The notes under the pieces: generated by a model | The model's input: only the letters and a program-made list of their open reading frames with translations | Database searches by the model: none | What the model was told of the DNA's origin: nothing | Made by a program: the position numbers and the translations under genes | Assembly (NCBI GenBank): GCA_951406725.2 | Contig: OX597833.1 | Span: 27,218,001-27,282,000 of the forward strand | Direction of reading: 5' to 3' | Source of the DNA: Octopus vulgaris | Taxonomy: Eukaryota | Length of the DNA stretch: 64,000 bases | Shown here: in pieces, positions 54,751-64,000 of the stretch | How positions within the stretch are numbered: position 1 is the first letter of the stretch | Layout of the letters: each line of letters opens with the position of its first letter

Positions 54751-56910
54751 TGAGAAAGTTTGAAGTGTTCCTCTTATATACCTACCAAAAGCAATGTGCA
54801 TGAAGTAGCCAGCTATCATTTTTGAGAATATTTGTAAGAATACATTTGTAAATGAAGCACGAAACAGTAAAACTGATGACTACACAAGCAGAGATGTTGA
54901 TAACATAGCATAGTACTTGAAGACATTTAATTGTTAAATTTATGAATATGAGAACTTGAAAGGAGAACAAGACACAAATCCAATTCTAAAAGCTTCTTAT
55001 GGATTTAGAATAACATGCAATAACAATTGTAGTTGTCAATATTTTTGTTGAATATGTACACTATCAATACTATTAAAAAAAACCTACCTGAAGCAGAATA
55101 TGTAGTTAAATGCAGAAGGTATGCCTATATGACATTGCATATATATACGTTATTAAATCTTTATGCAAAAGAGTACTTATATTTTTCTCCAATAATGAAA
55201 ATATTTCTCAAGGAACTGACACATATTAAACTAACCTTTCTAATCAATAATGTGTAACAAAGAGAATAGAACAATCTAAGAAATCAACCAAAATGCAATT
55301 CACTATCAAACACAACTACACAAAACATTTCTTACGTGCAATATTGGGATTTTGGAGATGTTCTTATTTGGCAACTGACTTTACCTGTGACAGTTTGTTA
55401 AAAATGAAATAATTACATCGTGGCTGAGTCAGATACTGCTTGGTTTTACTTTACACGAGTAGTATACACAGTTGAATAAAATATTTCGCTGCGCCAGAGT
55501 ACTGACAACTATTCTACTGCATTTCTTTGGGATTAGTTGTTAGCAGGTTCTTACGGGTCCCAAGGGAGATATGTCTCTTTAAAAATAAAGACTGTTTTAT
55601 CGGTGTTAGAATCGCTAAAGAAACCAGCAGCATTTTTTATGATATGGTGTTAAAAACAACTAAGACAGAATTAGTAATCTCAAATATAACTGTAGACCTG
55701 TGCTACTGATTTGTTGACAATAACCATTTAATTAAAATGGTTGCATAGACTGACTATCGAAAGAATTTGTGTTACTCTGTCTTTATACTTTATAACACAG
55801 AGAATTCTGTCCACGATAGTATATAAGTCGCTTTTGTCTGTTCTAATAGACACTCCAATATTACCTGAACTGGATATTGAGTCATGGAAAGAGAATATAG
55901 TCATCAATGAAGTAGTTAAGCCCATACACATGCCAGCAACCAGGAAATTAGGAAACACTCAGCTACGTCTGAAGTTAGCAAATTAAAAATTTTAATGACG
56001 GACCTCGTAAAAATAATAAAAATGTGTTACAGTAGTGTTGACTTCATGAGCTGTGGGAAATGTACAATGCCTTGCAATTATAGATGCGATTATCCGCAAA
56101 GAAATAAAATCTGCATTAATAAGTGAACAAAGAAGATAGGTGAAGATATTAGAAAAAAATGAAGCTGATGAGATATACCTACTGTACCATAGGAATAGTG
56201 TTAGTGGCAACATATCTTAGGTCAGGACGTAATACAATAACATAATATTTCGATGTATAATGTCATAGATACAACGTATAATTGCTATTGGATTTTAAAG
56301 AATCCTCTGAGAATATTATCAACATTAAAGTCAATGGTAAAGCAAATCTATCTATTATCACTTGTTTTTTTTTTTTTGTTTTTTTTTTCACAAATCAATA
56401 TATTATACACAACTCGTACTATTTATAAACTAATGGAATCGCAAATCACGTAAAGTTTGTGAGAAAACTATGAATAAATCTGCGTGGGAGACAACTTGGA
56501 AACGCTGCAACAAATGGAAATCATCTATTTGTTACTATGACAGTTGGCGCTAGAGAGACGCGATGCCTCATTGTGAAGACTCAGTGTAGACAACATCGTT
56601 TCTACATTTCCTGAAGACTTAATGCTAAGCCAGGTCATTAAATTAATCTTCGTACAGAAACACGAAACTAGATTCTATCTTAAATCCATATAGAGTATTA
56701 CCATACCACCTACTTTGAGATGTACTGATGTTATTCCTCTCAATTCGATACATAATATCTTACTATATGACTAATTTTAACATTTATAACTATCATGGCC
56801 GTGTCCCAGCTTAGCCATAGCCCACGGGATGAGACTTGTAAAAGTGTACATCTAAAATTACGAGCTTTATTTTCACAACTGTGTTAAATTCTACATAGTT
56901 CCAGTATGAA

Positions 56911-56953
<43 letters not shown>

Positions 56954-57026
56954 AACACATACACGTACATATACCGCTAAATCCACAGTTTTTTCGCTCT
57001 CTCTCTCTCTCCCTCACTCTCTCTCC

Positions 57027-57099
<73 letters not shown>

Positions 57100-57101
<2 letters not shown>

Positions 57102-57228
57102 TATTCGTTTCTGTTGAAGAGCGTAGGTTCAAAACGTAAAAGATTTTTCGTTTTCCCGAACGTCAAAGTAATACACCGTTTTGTTCATACACCTGTCTTC
57201 ATTTTTGGTATTTCTATAAATTTCAACT

Positions 57229-57231
<3 letters not shown>
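57100..57231 (+). mobile_element. Decayed solo PLE pseudo-LTR with broken hammerhead
   Basis: ttt-CTGTTGA-a-gagc-gtag-gttc-AAAA-cg-TA-aaag (GAAA reads AAAA); similar to 34658-34793. Confidence 0.7.
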
Positions 57232-57275
<44 letters not shown>

Positions 57276-57364
57276 TATACATATATATGTGTGTGTGCGT
57301 GTGTGCGCATTCATGCGTTATAGACACAGGTGTATAAATAAGTACGTATATATATATATGGTAT

Positions 57365-57530
57365 AGGCGCAGGTTTGACTGTATACTAAAGCTTGCTTCT
57401 CAGCCACATGGTTCCGGATTCAGTTCCGTTGCGTGGCACCTTGGGTAAGTGCCTTCTACTATAGCCTCGGGGTGACTAAAGCCTTGTGGGTAGATCTGAT
57501 AGGCGGAAACTGAAAAAAGCATGTCGTATG
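57365..57530 (+). mobile_element. CORE-type SINE, 5' half
   Basis: ggcgcagg head, cgtggcaccttgggtaagtg core. Confidence 0.75.
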
Positions 57531-57551
57531 TGTGTGTTTGTGTGTGTGTGT

Positions 57552-57583
<32 letters not shown>

Positions 57584-57932
57584 TACAAAAGATAAGAATC
57601 GACTGCATAAAACAGATGATTGCAAGAGTGAATTATAGTATAGAGTAGATATTTCAGCAGGACAACTTAGATTAAAGTAGATAAGGATTCATGAAAAATT
57701 AAATAAAGTAGTAGGTATTTAAAAAAGTATGTATAGCATAAACAAAAATACTAATAAAAGAATACTACAAGCACTTCCGCGCTTAAGAAGATTTTTCACC
57801 TTAAATAATAATTTTTATAGAATTAAGGGGAAAACAGATTTCACAAGAATACGCCATAGACATAGATAAGATACTCAATAAAGAATAATCTTAAATATTT
57901 CCATTTCTGAAAATATTAGAATATTTGGCAAC

Positions 57933-58080
57933 AGCCGAGGTCGACTTTGCCTTTCATCCTTTCGGGGTCTATTAAATAAGTACCAGTTACGCACTGGGTC
58001 GATATAATCTGCTTAATCCGTTTGTCTGTCCTTGTTTGTTCCCTCTGTGTGTAGCCTCTTGTGGGCAGTAAAGAAATAAG
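57933..58080 (+). mobile_element. Nin-type SINE, 3' part
   Basis: gccgaggtcgactttgcctttcatcctttcgggg..aataagtaccag. Confidence 0.75.
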
Positions 58081-58199
58081 AATATTTGACAGCATAAGAA
58101 ATCGATAATCGATCTGCTCAAAAACATGGACTTTGTCTAAACAGCTTCAGGAACTAGAAACAAGCTTTCATTAAAGACATTCAACATTTGAAGTAGTTG

Positions 58200-59100
58200 T
58201 TATTTGATATATAGCACAGCTAGTTAGTCTCCAATTTCAAGACATCCTTAGACAACCTGGATATTCTTCGATGGTCTCTTTAGTGCTAGAACACTAAAAT
58301 ACCAACAGCTGGGCCATGTAACCTTTAGTCATATCGCTTTTCTACCAGCAGTATATAGGCTGCTCCCTAAAAAATTGTCCAATAGGAATGAATGAACATT
58401 TACAAAAACAATCCAATTTCATTCCAGTAGAAGAGATATGCCCAAGTCATATGAAACAGCTGGGAGACACCTTACTAACAAGATGTTATTCTACGTTACG
58501 GATGTATGCATAAATAATCATATGCTTTGATTGCTTTCAAGAAGGCCTTTTATTTAACCAAGGCGAATAAAATTACACAAATTTGATTACACCAAGGTGA
58601 ACGTCATTAAAATAAAATCAAAAAGGGACAGACTGTTATTACGGTATCCAGCAATACTGTAAATTTAAACTCTATGAGACCAGCATATTTGGTCTTCATT
58701 TCGTTCTATAATTATTGCTATGGACAGAGCGAAGAAGAATGTAAATTTGAGTTATTATAAAGATAAATAGAGTACCAGGCTCTTCCGCCATTTTCCTTCG
58801 TCAATAGCCTGAAATTTTACTCATCAAATAGGACTGGTATTGAAAGCCTCCTCGTTATTGTGAATCAATGAAGAAAGAGGCGTTAAAATGACTTTTGGAG
58901 AGGAAGAACGCAGGTAGAATATCAGTGAAGTAGACTAGTAAAGGGAGAAAATTCAGAACTCCAATGAAGCACGATCATTCAGAAACCGAACAATTCTCTT
59001 TTCTATAAATACTTAGACATAGATACAAGTAAATCTGTGAGTCTGAAAGATGTGCAATCAAGAAAGAAACGTTAATATTTTGACTATTAAAATTTTATGT
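58200..59100 (+). mobile_element. Very old LINE reverse transcriptase remnant
   Basis: LIAFKKAF (IDFKKAFD-like) and FLPAVYRL fragments; otherwise heavily decayed. Confidence 0.35.
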
Positions 59101-60034
59101 TTAAAATCATGTCAATAGTAAAAATATTATCTGTGTCATTCACACACCCATAGTGTCATAACACAGCACTCTAACGTAGGGGTTTGGAACGTAACTGACC
59201 TGGATTCTATCGACCGTAACATTAAAAAATCTAAAAGATCACGTACCACATAATTCGAACATTAACTGATTAAGGTAGAGGACAACTACGCATCAGGGAG
59301 CAATTTGTGAAGATACTTTTTAATTGCATACTATATTCCCATCTCCCAAAACAGCATACTAAATTGGTAGCAAATTGATTATCACCACAGTAAACAAATT
59401 CTCTCAAGAAATTGGATTGGATTTTCAACTGCTAAAATCTAAAACGCCATATTGATAGTATAAAAGGTAACCGCAGTGAACAACCATAAAATAATTTCAA
59501 TGCGTAATCAATACTTCCGAGAACTGAATGCCTTGAAAGTTTTTATTCACCCTTGAGCATTTTCCTTAACACTTGAACACTTTTGTTATCTTTAATAGTT
59601 GTACGCATTGAAGAAGGAAAAATTAATTAAAATTGCGTTTGACCCTTATTTCCTAGAATGTTTCTAATACTTCACCATTTATAGTGCACAAATCTTGTGC
59701 ACAAATCATGGAATATGCAATAAGAGCGGAGGAAGATGAATCATTTCAGTATTCCTTGGAACTAACAGAATAAATTCTTGGTGTTATTTGGTTTGCATCA
59801 TTTTTTTTATGATTCCATTAAAATAGTTCTTTGTTGAAAATATAATAATATTTTATTTCAGTCCTGCATGTCCACATCTTCATTTTGATTAAGTCACACT
59901 GTGAGCTGGGTTTATGTTGTTTGAGCACTGTCAAAGGCTTCTTGTTTATTACTTTCATGAAAGTAAAATAAATGTTGATCAAAGGCATAGGTGACCTCAT
60001 TACCGTTGTGGAAGCTAGCTGATTCATCATAAAC

Positions 60035-60585
60035 AATATATATTTCTTTATTGCCCACAGGGGACTAAACATAAAGGGGACAAACAGGAACAGGCAAAGG
60101 GTTTAAGTCGATTACATTGACTCCAGTGCGTAACTGGAACTTATTTAATCTACCCCGAAAGGATGAAAAGCAAAGTCGACCTCGGCGGAATTTGAACTCA
60201 GAACGTAACGGCAGACGAAATACCGCTAAGCATTTCGCCCAGCGTGCTAACGATTCTGCCAACTCGCCGCCCTAACAATATTTATTTCTTTTTTGCCCAC
60301 AAGGGACTAAACATAGAGGATACAAACAAGGATAGACAAAGGGTTTAAGTCGATTACATCGACCCCAGTACGTAACTGGTACTTGTTTGAAATCAGACCG
60401 TAACGTGCAGACAAAATACCTAATTCTTTACTACCAACACAGAGAGGACAAACAAGGGCAGATAAACGGATTAAATCGATTATATCGACCTCAGTGCGTA
60501 ACTGGTACTTAATTTATCGACTCCGAAAGGATGAAAGGCCAAGTCGACCTCGGCGGAATTTGAACTCAGAACGTAGCGGCAGACA
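60035..60585 (-). mobile_element. Three tandem Nin/Deu-domain tRNA SINE copies (one full, two partial)
   Basis: aggacaaacaagg..gtcgattacatcgac..cagtgcgtaactggtactt recurs; head ggcggcgagttggcagaatcgttagcacgctgggcg. Confidence 0.8.
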
Positions 60586-60589
60586 ACTT

Positions 60590-61085
60590 TTGAATTAAGC
60601 GTTGCTCATTTCAAATGAAATTTGTAATGGCTTCTCTGAAGGATAAGCATCCGACCACCAGGGTAGACCGCCTGCTTTTTCTTTCCTGTTTTTGGCTTCC
60701 ACTTACCTGGTGTCAAACACTCCCAGCTTCCTCGCCATAGGCTTCCATCTTCTCATGAATCTGTCTCGTGACAGGTACCTCTTCTCCAGCCTGATCTTAC
60801 TACTGAGGTGGTAACTAAAAAAGTTAACCAACCCCTAGCCGGATACAAAGGTATCCGTCACTATGCCTCTCACACGCATCTTCCATACTGTTTCTTTAGA
60901 TATGGCTACTACGCAGAAAAAGCAAGCCTTTCTTTCCCTGTTAAGGGAAGGAGGCGGCATAATCTCGATAATAGATTCAGCTGATAGCTGTACTCTTCCA
61001 ATCGATAATAGTTGATCTGCGAAAACTATCAGTTTCGTTAATTCCGGACATTCCACAAATGCGTACAAAACGGTTTCCCTGCCGA
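60590..61085 (-). mobile_element. L1/Tx1-like LINE ORF2 C-terminal fragment
   Basis: RETVLYAFVECP (ET..H.F.EC zinc-finger remnant) and KETVWKMR. Confidence 0.6.
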
Positions 61086-62469
61086 AATGCAAGAAATTAA
61101 ACAACAAATAGCTTACAAACTACAGAGCTTTCTCAAGAAAGCCAAGAGAAAAAGATGTTTTATGTAACACATTCTACCAGTATAACCAGTATACGAAGTT
61201 TAAAAGTGTTTAGTTACAAAGAAATTATTTTAAAAATCTGTCGGTCAAAGTGAAAAGATCCAATATTTTTTTCCTCTTAATGAGGATAACAGTTCAAATA
61301 CCACCCCCGCTGGGTGGGAGGCACGACAATAAAGTCTACAACGGCTTTAATAAGTTCAATATTAATAATATTAATAAGTTCAATATTTCAACAATTACCT
61401 TCTCTCGTCACCGGGAAAAAGCACAAAAAATTTCAAAGTTCAACAATTTTCAACAGTACGAAAATATTCAACAATAAACAACAATTCCAATAGAAAAATT
61501 ATCCAACGTTCAACAAAACGTTTGACTCACTGCCAAAAAAAAGACACGTCTATCCACGACAGAGGTAAGCGAGCTATTTACCACACAGCCACTAATTTCT
61601 GTGTCGACTTTTTTTATATTTTTTTCTGTTATTTGGGACGATCTGAATGCAGATACTTGTGCCTTTTGTTCCACCCAAAGTAGAAGTTGTTCTTATAATA
61701 AATATCTCAGTGATGTGCAAAACTGTTAGACTCATTCATTGCATTATAATTATGAGGTTGGATCTTGGTTTCATTAAAGGTTGTTTACTGTAAGAGATAT
61801 GGAATTTGCCCATAATTATCTCGTATTTTTCAGCATTATATTGTCGATACAGTAGAGTAGCTTCATAGGTTTCACAGTATCTTTTGTCAACAAGTTTTCT
61901 CTCTTTCTTCTCTTTTCTTCACATTGCGATAATTTTCTTCTGTTCGTTGAAATCCTTATTTTATGACTTTTCGCATTCTTTCTATTTCTTCTCGTGGTAA
62001 ATGTCCTATTTTTTCTGCTTGTTTTTCTTTTTCTTCCTTCCCCTTTCTTCAATTTCTTCTTGTGATGAATTTCCTCTTAGCAACTCTCTCTGTTTTTATT
62101 CTTCTCTTTCCAGTACTTGTCTTTGCGATGCACTTAATCCTTCCATATATTTTCTTAAACACTTATTTATTCTCCTGGTCGCGCATCAATATTTATTTTT
62201 CTTGCAACAAGAACCGTTTCCTGTTTTGAACACTTCCAATTCTTGCAGCCGCTATTTCCCTTGGTCTTTGTCGCTCTCTTTCTCTTTTTTTTTCTCTTCC
62301 GTGCTACGCTTCATTGCTGTTTGTCCTCAGTTTCTTAGATTTTGATGATTCATGAGAAAAATTTACACATATATGAATTTCATTCCGTATATAATCTGAG
62401 TGATAAAAATAGGGTGCTCTTGTTAAGGGTATAGTTTCGTGTAGTATTAAAATAAAAAATAAATGCGCC

Positions 62470-62711
62470 CTTTTTAAAGCCTAGCCAGGCTCATGGGCCC
62501 GGTTTCCCGGTTTCCGCGGCGTATGTGTTCCCCAGCTGGATGGTACGCCAGTCCATCGCAGCGTTACTCCTTTTTACCAGCTGAGTGGACTGGAGCAACG
62601 TGAAATGAAGTGTTTTGGTCAAGAACACAACGCGTCGCCCGGTCCAGGAATCGAATCCACAATCTTACAATCATGATGCTGTCACCCTAACGATTAAGCG
62701 ATGCGCCTCCA
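62470..62711 (-). mobile_element. tRNA-derived SINE, near full length
   Basis: Minus head ggaggcgcatcgcttaatcgttaggg..gattcgattcc; core ttgctccagtccactcagctg; ctgcgatggactggcg segment. Confidence 0.75.
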
Positions 62712-64000
62712 CAATGCATGTAGTATTAGGGCTGTTAAATAGTTATTGATGAAAAGCAATATTTTGTGAGCTGCGTCTTCCATTCGTAACGACTACACTA
62801 ATACTGGCACTAGTTCTCGTACATTTTTATTAACCTGGAACATCAGTATTTACATATATGCAATAGTTTAATAAATAATAGCGTTTAGGAAATGCCGAAT
62901 GGAATAAGAACAAGTTCGACCAGGCTATATGGCGGGAAGATTAACCGAGCGAGCCATATTCACGTCGGTGATGGTGCTTTTTAGGGCATAATAAGCCTTA
63001 TCTTTTATGGAGGTTCGTCCGTCTTCACATTTTTTTTGCATAACAAGCCTTACCTTTTATGGCAGTATGTTAGGCCACAGTCCTGAGCGGAGGAGCCTGA
63101 GTACGATGGCTCGAAACTTCTGGTCATTTCATCGTGTTGAACCGTTAACCCCTACACATTTTTCTAGGCTCGAAACATCAAAGACTTTTACATTCCTCCC
63201 GAGAATTAAAATAATACACCTGCTTGTTGTTATTATATATTCGTTACGTGCAACGGAAATAGTATTGGCTTAGAATAGCATTCTGTATATCTTACTTAAC
63301 GTGGATATGCAATAAGAAAGCTACAATATAGCAGCACAACGGTATTCGTCTTCAGAAAGCATCTCATATTGACGTATAGTGTGAAAAAGCACATAAATAA
63401 CAGTGGCAGACGAAACTTTTACAGCAAGGGCGTTGGAATTGCTAAATCCGGGATTTCTGCATATTTGTGCGTCATCGGTAGCAATTATGCACTATTACTG
63501 CATGCTTAGACAAATTTCGCCTCTACTGATATATGTGCGTAGGGGTTGGAATGGGGTTGTATTTTTGTAGTAGTTGCTGAATATTTCTTTTCACATTCAA
63601 TCTACTATTTTCGCAATACTATGATTTTTCCGGCAAACTAATGTAAATTCCATTGATCCACCTACACATGTGGATTCTTACAAACAAAGAGTCCCTTTCT
63701 TAATAATGAAGATAAGACAGTGGAACAATAGATCTTACGTCATATTGCTTGAAGTGACAAGCTGTAGTGAAGCAAGATGTGATGCAAGTACGAAAATCTA
63801 ACTAAAGATTTTTAAACAAGGATATACCGCATAAAGTGAATATATGTGGATATAATGCATGCTTACAAACAGCAATTTTGTGTTGTACTCTCCTGAGTAT
63901 GATACCCGAACACAAATTCATGCATTCAAAATCTACGGAGTTTTATTTCGATGTAGTCACTCGTCTTGTTAGAAATAAAAGTAAAATTGAACTGAAAAAG

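Noticed and set aside
55700-56750. Possible ancient CR1/L2 LINE remnant (LLDFKES)
   Set aside because: A single weak motif amid stops; not supportable without a profile search
61600-63300. Lys/Arg-rich and other short ORFs near the window end
   Set aside because: Low complexity or motif-free; at most decayed LINE ORF1 sequence

Overview
AT-rich eukaryotic non-coding DNA (intergenic or a large intron), saturated with microsatellites ((TA)n, (CA)n, (CATA)n, (GATA)n, (TTC)n, (TAG)n) and transposon fossils. The SINE families and microsatellite load resemble a coleoid cephalopod, probably Octopus; this is recognition from memory, not a search result. I found no intact host protein-coding gene, and most ORFs in the track are translated microsatellites. 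Recognisable elements: (1) two 5'-truncated Neptune-type Penelope-like elements (PLEs; RT + GIY-YIG) and a third PLE fragment; (2) an IR/DR Tc1 element, several decayed mariner/maT copies and MITEs; (3) non-autonomous Helitrons; (4) RTE, R4/Dong-like and L1/Tx1 LINE remnants; (5) dozens of tRNA-derived SINEs. The most notable signal is a dense set of type I hammerhead-ribozyme motifs (about 8 near-complete plus several decayed) in PLE terminal repeats. Several carry non-canonical cores (CUGUAGA, CUGUUGA, CCGACGA, CCGAAGA) or very long stem II, and nearly all sit in (TA)n/(CATA)n arrays. A cluster of long fold-back inverted repeats lies at 50-54 kb. Element boundaries were read by eye and are approximate unless termini are quoted.
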